DNA of 64,000 bases, from positions 32,001 to 96,000 of the forward strand of contig JBKBYA010000003.1 of NCBI GenBank assembly GCA_046313635.1, in the 5' to 3' direction. Positions 52,001-61,187 of this stretch are shown piece by piece. The notes below the pieces were generated by a model. It made no database searches. It worked only from the letters and a program-made list of their open reading frames with translations, and was not told where the DNA came from. Source of the stretch: Pyrinomonadaceae bacterium (GTDB lineage: Bacteria > Acidobacteriota > Blastocatellia > Pyrinomonadales > Pyrinomonadaceae). The position numbers were made by a program, and so were the translations under genes. Position 1 is the stretch's first letter, and every line of letters starts with the position of its first letter.

Positions 52001-52854
52001 TACTCGATCGCCCCGGTCGCGATGATCGCGCTCTGTCCGGCCATCAGCCGCGGGTTTGAAGCCGCGGTGCCGATCGTACCGGGATTTGTGAGCGAGATGG
52101 TCGTGCCCTGAAAGTCGGCGATCTCGAGCTTGCCCTCGCGGGCCTTTTTTACCTGCTCGTTGTAGGCTGCAAAGAACTCGGCAAAGTTCATCGACTCGGC
52201 GTTCTTGATATTCGGCACGAGCAGGCTGCGCGAGCCGTCCTTTTTTTCGACGTCGATCGCGATGCCGAGATTGATGTGCTTATGCTCGAGCCGCGACGGC
52301 GTACCGTCGACGACGCCGAAGCCGTGATTCATCTGCGGATAATCGCGGGCCGCCCTGACGATCGCCCACGCGATGATGTGCGTGAACGAGGCCTTGCCGC
52401 GGCCGCGCGGCACGAGATGCTCGTTGATGATGATGCGGTTCTCTTCGAGCAGCTTGACCGGCACGCTGCGGACGCTCGTCGCGGTCGGGACCGTGAGGCT
52501 CTGCTCCATGTTCTCGACGATCTTCTTTGCCGGGCCAAAGATCGGCTTGGCCTCGGTGTCGGGCGAGAGCGCTGCCGGAGCAGCGGCCGGCTTCGCCGCC
52601 GGCTTGGGCTCGGGCGCGGACCTTGTCTCGGTCGCCGGAGCCGCCGCGGACGGTTGACCATTCGTCGCCGACGAGCGTCCGCCGTCGAGGCTCGGTTCGA
52701 AGCCGGCGAGCAGCTCGCCAAAATATTCTCGCCACGATTCGTCAACCGACGACGGGTCGGACCTGTAGCGTTCGAGCAGTCCCTCGACGTAGTTGGCGTT
52801 GGCCCCGAAATTGTCCTGGATATAAGAGCTAAGGTCGGTAATTTTGTTGCTCAC
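49069..52854 (-). CDS. kgd: multifunctional 2-oxoglutarate dehydrogenase, E2-catalytic/E1 fusion (Kgd/OdhA type)
   Basis: TYDHRVIQGAESG, KRFSLEG, GMAHRGRLN, HGDAAFAGQG, WEAQFGDF, GPEHSSAR; GTG 52854 follows GAGG. Confidence 0.95.
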   Translation of the reverse strand: MSNKITDLSSYIQDNFGANANYVEGLLERYRSDPSSVDESWREYFGELLAGFEPSLDGGRSSATNGQPSAAAPATETRSAPEPKPAAKPAAAPAALSPDTEAKPIFGPAKKIVENMEQSLTVPTATSVRSVPVKLLEENRIIINEHLVPRGRGKASFTHIIAWAIVRAARDYPQMNHGFGVVDGTPSRLEHKHINLGIAIDVEKKDGSRSLLVPNIKNAESMNFAEFFAAYNEQVKKAREGKLEIADFQGTTISLTNPGTIGTAASNPRLMAGQSAIIATGAIEYPAEYQAMTPAALSQLGISKTVTLTSTYDHRVIQGAESGLFLARIHEFLVGKHDFYDEIFDSLEINYLPLRWSPDYNPSLLGGDRFSELAEKQANVLQLINAYRTRGHLLADIDPLNMTSHLDADLELENFGLTIWDLDREFITGGLHGEKTATLRRILGILRRAYCGKVGIEYRHIQSKQEKEWIRAQVREQFVDTTPLAPEIKKELLQKLIEAEQFEQFLHKKYLGQKRFSLEGCETVIPMLDQLVEGAATRGVDDIYMGMAHRGRLNVLSNIVGNPETGDLAERIFTVFEGTSHPDFPADEGDVKYHQGAVSTRHTRAGKDVTITLSSNPSHLEFVNPVVEGMARARQDELRNGEGLDRQQVYDRVLPVLLHGDAAFAGQGIVMETLQLADLPGYRTGGTVHIVINNQIGFTTSPESSRSSIYSTDAAHIIQAPVFHINGDDPEAAYRVIQIALGYRHEFKKDVVLDLVGFRRLGHNEGDEPTYTQPVMYARVKAHPGTRHLYAQQLIREGVIGEDDLKAMTGKVVDKYEGILQRAKDIAAKRPATEVALPAVVEEDGSAIFESGADGSLLQKASEAVSLVPAGFNINPKMVNQLARRAKMGTGEVPMDWGFAEAMAIGTLVLEGYPVRLSGQDSGRGTFSQRHASMYDTLTGERWSPLTELRNDANPNARFYVFDSSLSEQGVLGFEYGYSVNSPRSLVMWEAQFGDFSNGAQVIIDQYVTASEDKWKQTCRLVMLLPHGYEGQGPEHSSARLERYLQLCAENNIQVCYPTTPAQYFHLLRRQAKQEVMRPLVVMTPKSLLRLPAASSTIDELKTGGFRPVIDDARVTDRNAVNRVVLCSGKVFYDLEAARAEQFSGKVAVVRLEQFYPTPVEALRNIFASYPNAREIVWTQEEPKNMGGWTFIQDRLREIKPESATIRYAGRKASASPATGSYAIHELEQKTLVDEALRTDTDEIAAASEPEVSSKIAPASS

Positions 52855-53038
52855 GATAGGTAAAAACCTCAAAAGATCTCGTCAATAGTGCAAGCTGTGA
52901 TTTTAACGTAGTTCGAACGAATTTATAAGGCGGACGCCTGGGCGCCCGTTGAGCGTGTGCCGCAAAAGCAAAGAGCAGCGAAATGCTGCTCCCCAAGATC
53001 AGTTTCTTAGCTCGAACTTTCAGATCAGATCCTGACCG

Positions 53039-53950
53039 TTATGACGACGACGCCTGCTGCGTGCGGCCGGTCTCTGCGCCGCCGGACGATTTTTCGAGAT
53101 CGTGGCGGATCGCGTCGAGGATGCCGTTGATGAACTGCGTTGCCTCAAAGGTCGAGAACCGCCGCGCGATCTCGAGCGCCTCGTTGATGACGACCGTGCC
53201 CGGCGTGTCTTCGTAGAGAAATTCGTAGACCGCCAGCCGCAGCACGTTGCGGTCGACGACGGCCATTCGCTCGATGCGCCAATGCTCGGCGCGCGTGCGG
53301 ATGCGGTCGTCGATCGTCGCAAGTTCGCGGAGCGTGCCGGTCACTATCCGATCGGAGAAGGCACGCGAGTTGGCCGTAAGATCGACCGTGCGTTCGACCT
53401 CGGGCAGGATCGAGTCGGCCATTTTGTCTAAACTCTGAGCGGCTTGTTTCTGAAGGTCGCTGAAGTCTGCAAGATCGCTGCGCTGCGGCCTGATGAGCTT
53501 GAGCGAGACGGCGGATTCAAAGTCGAGCGCGAGCGCGGCGAACGTGTTCCTGATCGCCTGCAGGCCGCGGTAGACCTCTTGGCTGTCGATGTCGCGGCCG
53601 CGCTCGACCGACGCGATAAAGGCGCGGTAGTCCTTGACGAGACGCTCGATCTGCACGCTGATGCTCTTGAGCTTGTCGGTGCGGCTGGTCGACTTCTCAA
53701 GCGGTTCGAGCTGTTTGAAAAAGTTTCGAAGGTCGCTGACGACGCGCTCGAGCCTCGCCGATTCGTCGACAAAGCTCCAGACGAGCTGCGTAATGCCCTT
53801 GTGAAGCTCCTCGAGGCCGAGCTCGCCCCAATAATCGGCGAGATCGTACCTGGCGGGACGCACCAGGTCGTACGCAAACAGCATATGAAGCGCGCACTCG
53901 CGGGCCTTGTGCCGGGTACCGGTATTCTTGGCGGACTTGTCAGACGACAT
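53039..53950 (-). CDS. nusB: transcription antitermination factor NusB with a large internal insertion
   Basis: RHKARECALHMLF, then WRIERMAVVDRNVLRLAVYE, VVINEALEIARRF, FINGILD; follows ribH. Confidence 0.92.
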   Translation of the reverse strand: MSSDKSAKNTGTRHKARECALHMLFAYDLVRPARYDLADYWGELGLEELHKGITQLVWSFVDESARLERVVSDLRNFFKQLEPLEKSTSRTDKLKSISVQIERLVKDYRAFIASVERGRDIDSQEVYRGLQAIRNTFAALALDFESAVSLKLIRPQRSDLADFSDLQKQAAQSLDKMADSILPEVERTVDLTANSRAFSDRIVTGTLRELATIDDRIRTRAEHWRIERMAVVDRNVLRLAVYEFLYEDTPGTVVINEALEIARRFSTFEATQFINGILDAIRHDLEKSSGGAETGRTQQASSS

Positions 53951-54461
53951 GCGGAAAAACCTTGTCTTTACCTTTACCCGGCTTCTTTCTGCCTTCCATT
54001 TCGCGAAGGAGATTCACCATCTCGATCGCCGACATCGCGGCCTCGTATCCTTTGTTCCCGGCCTTGACGCCGCAGCGATTGACGGCCTGCTCGAGAGTGT
54101 CTGTCGTCACGACGCCGAAAAGTACCGGAACGCCCGTCTGCAGCGAAGCCGTCGAGACACCGCTCGCGGCCTGGCCGGCGACGTAATCGAAGTGCGGCGT
54201 CTCGCCGCGGATCACCACGCCGAGCGTGATGACCGCGTCAAACTTGCCGCTCTGCGCGGCCTTGAGTGCGGCAAGCGGCAGCTCAAACGCGCCGGGCACC
54301 TTAAAGACCTCTACCGACTCGCTCGACGCTCCGGCCGACTCGAGCGCGTCGAGCGCTCCGTCGAGCAGTCTCGAGGTCAAAAGGTCGTTCCAGCGGCTTA
54401 CGACGACGGCAAACCGCGCGGACTCGATCGTAAATTTTCCGCGATGGATCTTCGGCTTCAA
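53940..54461 (-). CDS. ribH: 6,7-dimethyl-8-ribityllumazine synthase
   Basis: VPGAFELP, GVVIRGETPHFDYV, NKGYEAA; TTG start after GAGGAG. Confidence 0.97.
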   Translation of the reverse strand: MKPKIHRGKFTIESARFAVVVSRWNDLLTSRLLDGALDALESAGASSESVEVFKVPGAFELPLAALKAAQSGKFDAVITLGVVIRGETPHFDYVAGQAASGVSTASLQTGVPVLFGVVTTDTLEQAVNRCGVKAGNKGYEAAMSAIEMVNLLREMEGRKKPGKGKDKVFPHVV

Positions 54462-54600
54462 TCTGATCTCCTCTCAAGGCCGACGCCTCGATAAGTTTCA
54501 GTATATGTAATCGAAAAGCGCGTTAGCAAGATAACGCCCGTTTTTTGCAAACGCCGGCCGAAACGTTGAATAATACACGTCGCCCCAGCCCGAAGACGCG

Positions 54601-55449
54601 ATGTCGACGCCATTCATCGAGACCGAAGAAGCTCTCATCATCGAGACGCCCGAGCGCGTGCAGATCGCCTTTTCGCTCGCGTCGATCGGCAACCGCTTTC
54701 TCGCGGTCGCGATCGATCACGCGATCCAGTTCGGATCGATGTTCTTTGCCGCGTGGTTCTTTTACTGGCTCGCGTCGGGCCCGTCGGACAACAGCGTGAC
54801 GGTCGAGCGCTGGCTCGTCGACGCGCCTAAGTGGACGATCGCGGTGATGATCATCGTGCTCTTTCTGCTCTTTACGGGCTACTTCATTTTCTTTGAATGG
54901 CTGTGGAACGGGCAGACGCCCGGCAAGCGTTTGATGAAGCTGCGCGTGATACGCGACGACGGCCGCCCGATCACGCTGTGGGAAGCCGTCGCCAGGAATC
55001 TCCTGCGGATCTTTGACGCGGCCCCCGGGTTCTTTTTACCGGTCTACTCGGTCGGTTTGATCGTCGTTTTTATCAGCGGGCGCGACCAGCGCGTCGGCGA
55101 CCACTTTGCCGGAACGGTCGTCATCCGCGAGCGGACGGACGAGGCACCGACCTTTGACGAGACCTTTGCGGATACGATCGGCGACTCCGCGTTTCGGCGG
55201 CTGCACCCGCGGTTTGACGGCGTGGTCGACGTCTCGCGTCTGACCGACGAGGAGATGCGCGTGGTCGAGGCGTTTCTGCGGCGCCGCTGGGACCTCAAAG
55301 ATCGACAGCGAAGCTGGATGGCCTGGCGCGTCGCCCTGCCGCTGATGTACAAGCTCAAGCCGAGCTACCGCATCGAGAGCTTTTCGTACGAGGGATTTCT
55401 CGAGGAGCTTCTCTACCGCCGGCACGCGCGCGATCGCTTCATTAACTGA
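54601..55449 (+). CDS. RDD family membrane protein
   Basis: ETPE, LASIGNRFLAVAID, GQTPGKR, QRVGDHFAGTVV. Confidence 0.92.
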   Translation: MSTPFIETEEALIIETPERVQIAFSLASIGNRFLAVAIDHAIQFGSMFFAAWFFYWLASGPSDNSVTVERWLVDAPKWTIAVMIIVLFLLFTGYFIFFEWLWNGQTPGKRLMKLRVIRDDGRPITLWEAVARNLLRIFDAAPGFFLPVYSVGLIVVFISGRDQRVGDHFAGTVVIRERTDEAPTFDETFADTIGDSAFRRLHPRFDGVVDVSRLTDEEMRVVEAFLRRRWDLKDRQRSWMAWRVALPLMYKLKPSYRIESFSYEGFLEELLYRRHARDRFIN

Positions 55450-55569
55450 CGAGCTGCTGGCCGACCCGCTGCACGTCGGCGGGCGCCGACGTTTTTGCCG
55501 CCTGTCTTCCGGTGTGATAATTTGAGCACTGCCGCAATTCTTTCACCTTGACTTGTACGCATTCGGATC

Positions 55570-56547
55570 GTGAACAAGAGAATATTAGTAACCGGAGGGG
55601 CCGGATTCATCGGTTCGAACCTTGTCGATCTGCTGCTGGCCGAGGGCGGCTGGAACGTGACGGTCGTCGACGACTTTAACGACTTTTACGCGCCCGACAT
55701 CAAGCGGGCCAATGTCGCTCAGCATCTCGATAACCCGAATTACCGACTCGTCGAATGCGACATCCGAAATGCCGACGAGCTCAGGGCCGGGGCGTTCGCC
55801 GGCGGCGGGTTTGACTGCATCGTGCATCTCGCCGCGCGTGCGGGCGTGCGGCCGAGCCTCGCCGATCCCAAGCTATACACCGAGACAAACATCAACGGCA
55901 CGGTGAATCTGCTCGAGCTGGCGAGGGAGTTTGGCGTGCGGCAGTTCGTTTTCGGATCGTCGTCGAGCGTTTACGGCATCAACTGCAAGATCCCCTTTGC
56001 CGAGGACGACCGCATTCACCAGCCGATCTCGCCGTACGCGGCGACCAAGGCCGCGGGCGAGCTGATCTGTCACACCTACTCGCACCTCTACGACATTCGC
56101 ACGGTCTGCCTGCGATTTTTTACAGTGTACGGCCGGCGGCAGCGGCCCGACCTGGCGATACATAAATTCACGCGGCTTATCGCAGAGGGGCGGCCGGTGC
56201 CGATGTTCGGCGACGGCACGATGCGCCGCGATTACACGTATATCGACGACATCCTGCAGGGCGTGCGGGCGGCGATGGACTACGACTCGTCGATGCACGA
56301 GATCTTTAATCTAGGCGAATCGGAGACGACCGAATTGCGGCGTCTGATCGAGCTGATCGAGGACGCGCTCGGAAAAAACGCTCTGGTCGAGAGCCACCCC
56401 GTGCAGCCCGGCGACGTGCCCGTCACATTTGCGGATATATCAAAAGCGAAGCGAATGCTCGGCTACGCGCCGGCGACCAAGATCGAGGAAGGGATACCGA
56501 AATTCGTCAAATGGTTCAGCGAGTCACGCTGCCGCATCGCAGCCTAG
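55570..56547 (+). CDS. NAD-dependent epimerase/dehydratase (UDP-glucuronate 4-epimerase-like)
   Basis: TGGAGFIG, HLAARAGVRPS, YAATK, LRFFTVYG...RPDLA. Confidence 0.93.
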   Translation: MNKRILVTGGAGFIGSNLVDLLLAEGGWNVTVVDDFNDFYAPDIKRANVAQHLDNPNYRLVECDIRNADELRAGAFAGGGFDCIVHLAARAGVRPSLADPKLYTETNINGTVNLLELAREFGVRQFVFGSSSSVYGINCKIPFAEDDRIHQPISPYAATKAAGELICHTYSHLYDIRTVCLRFFTVYGRRQRPDLAIHKFTRLIAEGRPVPMFGDGTMRRDYTYIDDILQGVRAAMDYDSSMHEIFNLGESETTELRRLIELIEDALGKNALVESHPVQPGDVPVTFADISKAKRMLGYAPATKIEEGIPKFVKWFSESRCRIAA

Positions 56548-59500
56548 CGCGAGCGGGGTGCTGCGAGCTCAATGATGCGCCTTCGCAGCAGGACGAGATC
56601 GACGGGCTTTGAGAGATGGGCCTGAAAGCCCGAATCGAGCGCTCGTCTGCGATCGCCGGCCGACGCGTAGCCTGAGAGAGCGATCGCCGGGATGTCCCGC
56701 AGCGGCGGGTCCATCGAGCGCACCGCCGAGATCAGATCAAACCCGTCGATCTCAGGCATCCCGATATCCGAGATCAGAATGTCGTAGCCGCCGGCGGCGA
56801 GCTTCTCGAGAGCCTCGGCCGGGCTGCCCGACACGTCCGTGCGCGCACCCGAGCTCTCGAGCGCGGTCCTGATCAGCTCGCGATTGTCGAGGTCGTCATC
56901 GACGATCAGCACCTTAATATTCGGGAAGCCGTTGGTCTCGGCCGAGTGATCGCCGCGGCCGGTGGCGATCGGTGCGGGCTTGTCCACGCCCGTCTCAGGC
57001 TCGGCCTGCGGCGCTGCGGGCAGCTCGATAGTAAAGCTCGTCCCGCGGCCGGGACCGTCCGAATGAACGGCGACGGTGCCGTGATGGAGCTCGACGAGAT
57101 TTCTCACGATGGCGAGACCGAGGCCGAGTCCGCCGTGCTTTCGCTTGTAGGTCGCGTCGACCTGCCAGAATGGCTGGAAGATCTCGGGCAGCAGCTGCGG
57201 CTCGATGCCGATGCCGGTATCGGCGACGACGATCCGCGCTCCGGCATCCGAGCGCTCGAGCGAGACTGTGATCGTGCCGCCGGCGGGCGTGAACTTGATC
57301 GCGTTGGTGAGCAGGTTGCTTATCACCTGCTGCAGACGCTGGCGGTCGGCGGCGACCGGCCCCGGGTCGTCCTCGATATTCATCACCAGCGAGAGGTCCG
57401 CGCCCTCTGCCGACGGGATGGCGGCCTCTACGGCCGACTGGATTATCGGTACGAGCGGCTCGATCCTCGTCGCGATCTGCATCCGGCCCGAAATGATCCG
57501 CGACACGTCAAGCAGATCTTCGATCAGCGCGTTCTGCAGGCGGACGTTCTTGGCGATGATCTCGATGCCGCGCTCGACGGTCGCGTCGTCGTCGCGAGAC
57601 TGCAGGATGAGCTGCGTCCAGCCGTAGATCGAATTGAGCGGCGTCCGCAGCTCGTGAGAGAGAAGCGCGAGAAAATCGTCCTTGGCGCGGCTCGCCGACT
57701 CGGCCTCAACACGAAGCTGCTTTTCGCGCTCGTTGCTGTTTACGAGCTCCTGCTCGGCCTGCCGCAGCCGCGTCGAATCGTAGTAGTAGCACACGACGCC
57801 GGGCCGCCCGTCGGGCAGGACCAGCCGGTGAAGCTGCCATTCGTAGCCCTCGACCGCGTCCTTGTCGGCCCGCGGGTTGACGAAATCTCTCGAGAAGTAA
57901 GGCTCGCCCGTCTCGAGCGTGCGGCGAAACGCGGTGACTATCTCATCGGCCACGTCGGTCGGCCAGATGATGTGCATCGCCTCGTCGAGCGGCCGGCCGA
58001 CGATCGGCCTGACGTTGGCAAACGCGCCGTCGCGGGTGCCGATATTCATCTGCGCGATCCTGAGATCGGAATCGACAATGTAGATGCCGAACGGGCAAAT
58101 GTCGATCAGCCGCGAAAACATCTCTTGCCAGCGGGCCCGCTGCTCCTCGTCGAACTTTTGCTGCGTTATGTCACGAAAGTACTGCGAGAATCCGCCGTCG
58201 GGCGTCGGGTACGCCCTGAACTGGAACCACCGCTGCCAGGGCTCGTAAAAAGTCTCGAGCTCTACCGGGACGCGCTCGGTCGCGCATCGCCGCAATGATC
58301 GCTCGACCTCGCTCCCAACCGCCGGCGGGAAAACCTCTTGCCACGTGCGGCCGATCACGTCCTCTCGCCTAAAGTTGCAGATCCTCTCAGCCTCTGCGTT
58401 GACGTACGTAAAACGCCATTCGCCGTCGACGCTGAGAAATCCGTCGGTAATGCTCTCGAGGGTGCCCCGCAGCCGCGATTCGCTCGCTCGAAGCGCCAGC
58501 TCGCTCCTCTGCCGCTCGGCCAGCGTGTGGGCCTGCTCCCACGCGATGCCAAACAACGAGAGGCTGACAAGAAAGCCGCCGACGACCACGATCCAGCCGA
58601 ACGCGCGGCTCGAGCTCACGTCAAACTCGGGCCGTGTGGCAAAGGCGATGGTCCACGGCCGGCCGGCCACGCTCATCGTAACGACCTCGGTCTGCGACGC
58701 GGCCTGCGGTCGATAGTTCTCGCCGCCGGGCCGCAGAAGAGCCTCGGGAGTGACGCGATCGCCGTCGTATACCTCAAACTCGATCCGGGGCCGCGATTCG
58801 CTGCCGAATATTCCTCTAAACAGGTCCTCGGCACGGAATGGACTGTAGACGTACCCGATCAGATCGGCCCGCCGCTGCTCGACCGTATCCGGGACGCGGC
58901 CGCCCCGATACACGGGTACGTAGATCAGAAAGCCAGCCTGCTTGTGCTCGTCGATCTCCTGCACGAGCGTCACCTTTGCCGATGCGGCGGCCGCGCCGGT
59001 ATCGCGGGCGCGCTCCATCGCATCGCGGCGCGACGCCTCTGTGAACATGTCGTAGCCGATCGCCGCGCGGTTGCGGCGGTCGAGAGGCTCGAGGTAAACG
59101 ATCGTGTGATACTCGGGCCGCTCGTACTCGGGCCAGATCTTGAAAGGCAGCCGCTCGCCGCCGCCCGGACCCGGCGGGGCGAGCCCGCGCACGAAATCAT
59201 CCTTTTCGGCCGCAGGCACACGACGCGAAAATCCGACGCCCTGAATGCCGGGATAGCTCTCGGCAATGTCAAACTGCCGGACAAAATCGTGAAACTGCTC
59301 GCGGCTTACGTCGCCGGACGCGGCAAAGAGGCCTCGGCCCGCGTTCAAGATCGCGATGTACGTTTCGATACGTTGATCGATGCGGTCCTCGGTGCGCTCG
59401 AGAATATTCTGAAATCGTTCTCGGTCCTTTAGCCCCGCATTCTTCCAGACCTGTTGGGCTATCAGGGCCGTCGCGGCGAGCGAGATCAAAAAGATCGTGA

Positions 59501-59915
59501 TCGGAGCAAGTATCGGATCGGCCCGCGACAGACGCGCCGAGCGCCCGCGGGCGGCATCCTCATCCGCCGCCGAACGCTCGATACGCACGCGGCGCATCGA
59601 GCTGCCGACCGCCGCGAACGCGAGGCCGAGCAGCAAAAAGACCGCGAGCTCGACAGCCGGCATCAGGCCGCCGGCGGAATGATCATGTTCGCGGCGAAAG
59701 ATCAGCAGGAAGGCCCCGAGCAAGCTCACGATCAGCGCCGCCAGCGACGGGCCTAACCCGGCTAACCACGCGACCCCGAGCACGACCAGGAAGAATAGGC
59801 TGTATGTGAAATGTCCCTCTTGGAGCAGAGGGTCGAGGGCCGCGCGCAAGCCTATCGCCGCGAGAGCGGACGCTGCGGCAAACAGATAGCGAAACAGAAC
59901 CGAACGGGTGATCAT
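56544..59915 (-). CDS. membrane hybrid sensor kinase (DUF4118-like TMs, CHASE, 2 PAS, HisKA, HATPase, REC)
   Basis: CHASE motifs YPGIQGVG and EPLDRRNRAAIGYDM; SHELRTPL; GLGLGL; receiver SDIGMP; ATG 59915 preferred. Confidence 0.92.
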   Translation of the reverse strand: MITRSVLFRYLFAAASALAAIGLRAALDPLLQEGHFTYSLFFLVVLGVAWLAGLGPSLAALIVSLLGAFLLIFRREHDHSAGGLMPAVELAVFLLLGLAFAAVGSSMRRVRIERSAADEDAARGRSARLSRADPILAPITIFLISLAATALIAQQVWKNAGLKDRERFQNILERTEDRIDQRIETYIAILNAGRGLFAASGDVSREQFHDFVRQFDIAESYPGIQGVGFSRRVPAAEKDDFVRGLAPPGPGGGERLPFKIWPEYERPEYHTIVYLEPLDRRNRAAIGYDMFTEASRRDAMERARDTGAAAASAKVTLVQEIDEHKQAGFLIYVPVYRGGRVPDTVEQRRADLIGYVYSPFRAEDLFRGIFGSESRPRIEFEVYDGDRVTPEALLRPGGENYRPQAASQTEVVTMSVAGRPWTIAFATRPEFDVSSSRAFGWIVVVGGFLVSLSLFGIAWEQAHTLAERQRSELALRASESRLRGTLESITDGFLSVDGEWRFTYVNAEAERICNFRREDVIGRTWQEVFPPAVGSEVERSLRRCATERVPVELETFYEPWQRWFQFRAYPTPDGGFSQYFRDITQQKFDEEQRARWQEMFSRLIDICPFGIYIVDSDLRIAQMNIGTRDGAFANVRPIVGRPLDEAMHIIWPTDVADEIVTAFRRTLETGEPYFSRDFVNPRADKDAVEGYEWQLHRLVLPDGRPGVVCYYYDSTRLRQAEQELVNSNEREKQLRVEAESASRAKDDFLALLSHELRTPLNSIYGWTQLILQSRDDDATVERGIEIIAKNVRLQNALIEDLLDVSRIISGRMQIATRIEPLVPIIQSAVEAAIPSAEGADLSLVMNIEDDPGPVAADRQRLQQVISNLLTNAIKFTPAGGTITVSLERSDAGARIVVADTGIGIEPQLLPEIFQPFWQVDATYKRKHGGLGLGLAIVRNLVELHHGTVAVHSDGPGRGTSFTIELPAAPQAEPETGVDKPAPIATGRGDHSAETNGFPNIKVLIVDDDLDNRELIRTALESSGARTDVSGSPAEALEKLAAGGYDILISDIGMPEIDGFDLISAVRSMDPPLRDIPAIALSGYASAGDRRRALDSGFQAHLSKPVDLVLLRRRIIELAAPRSR

Positions 59916-60290
59916 CGATCGTCGACGGATCGTGCCGACGCAATGCACGAGACGCTGTTGGCTGAGATCGACCCGGCAGCCCTTCGTTTTGCCGCGCGGA
60001 GCTCTCTTGATCTGCGGCGGAGCGGACCGGCGCTGGTCGGCTCGGATCTACCTGCTTTAGCCATGTCCGGGTCGGGTCGGTACCCAAAGATACTACTCTC
60101 CGCGAGCGGGCGAGCGCAACGCCCGATGGCGACGGGGCCGCCGCTCCTCCGCAGCTTTGGAGGCCTTGCTCGCCAATCGCGATCGGAGCCGTCCCGCGCA
60201 GGCAGCTCGCGTGAGAACGGTCGTCGGGCCGCCCTCCGCGGCCTTCAACGCCGGCTCGTACGCGGAAGCGTGGGTGTGTGCGCGAGGCGA

Positions 60291-60779
60291 TCAGGCGTCG
60301 CCGCGGCGGGCGGCCTCGATCGCTGCGACGTCGATCTTTTTCATCGGCATCATCGCTTCGAAAACGCGTTTGGCGACCACCGGATCGGGATCGGTATAGC
60401 CCTCGGTCAGGGCCCGCGGCGTGATCTGCCACGAGACGCCCCATTTGTCCTTGCACCAGCCGCACATGCTCTCCTCGCCGCCACTGCCGACGATCGCATT
60501 CCAGTACCGGTCGGTCTCCTCCTGCGTCTCGGTCGCGACGATGAAAGAGAACGCCTCGCTGTGCTTGAACTCGGGACCGCCGTTCAGCCCCAGGCACGGA
60601 ATGCCCATCACAGTGAACTCCACAGTGATCACATCGCCTTCCTTTCCGGCCGGATAATCGCTCGGCGCCCGATGGATCGCATCAACGCTCGAGTCTGGAA
60701 ACGTCTCGGCATAAAAGCGCGCCGCTTCTTCGGCGTCCTTGTCGAACCAGAGACAGATGGTGGTTTTAGCTGGTTTCAT
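60291..60779 (-). CDS. VOC/PhnB-like (3-demethylubiquinone-9 3-methyltransferase family) protein
   Basis: CLWFD, LNGGP, CGWCKDKWGVSWQI, MKKID. Confidence 0.92.
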   Translation of the reverse strand: MKPAKTTICLWFDKDAEEAARFYAETFPDSSVDAIHRAPSDYPAGKEGDVITVEFTVMGIPCLGLNGGPEFKHSEAFSFIVATETQEETDRYWNAIVGSGGEESMCGWCKDKWGVSWQITPRALTEGYTDPDPVVAKRVFEAMMPMKKIDVAAIEAARRGDA

Positions 60780-60800
60780 ACCAAAATTATCGCATGGCGA

Positions 60801-60982
60801 TCATCGATCATTCACATCGATCCGAGGCGCTCCGCTCTCGACGTCGCCATTGCGTTCGTAGGTTGCGATGACGATGCCCTTTGGAGCTACTTTGCTGCTT
60901 GTAACTTTGAATGCCGCCGGTATCGTGCCGCGCTGGAAGAGCCGTCGAGCGTCATGAATTCGCTGGCCGTTATTTGTCTCAC
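60801..60982 (-). pseudogene. internally deleted dihydrofolate-reductase/RibD-C family gene
   Basis: GTG-start [14 protein letters not shown] is joined out of frame to [47 protein letters not shown]; not in the ORF track. Confidence 0.8.
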
Positions 60983-61187
60983 CGAGTTTATTTGCCGCCT
61001 TTTTGTGAAAGTAACTTAGTAATTCTTTAATTAGGCCCTATTCTCGGGCCGGTTGGCGGTGCAATGAATTTAGCTTTGTGTTTCAAACCTTGGAGTGCGG
61101 GCAAAATTTGATCTCGTCGCGTAGCGACGAATGGATCTTCAAGCCCGGCGCGTTCGATCATGGAGATGATCTCGTGCGTCGACATTT

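Noticed and set aside
53375..53815. Intein in NusB
   Set aside because: No Cys/Ser-start or His-Asn-end splice motifs and no LAGLIDADG motif; the insert looks all-helical.
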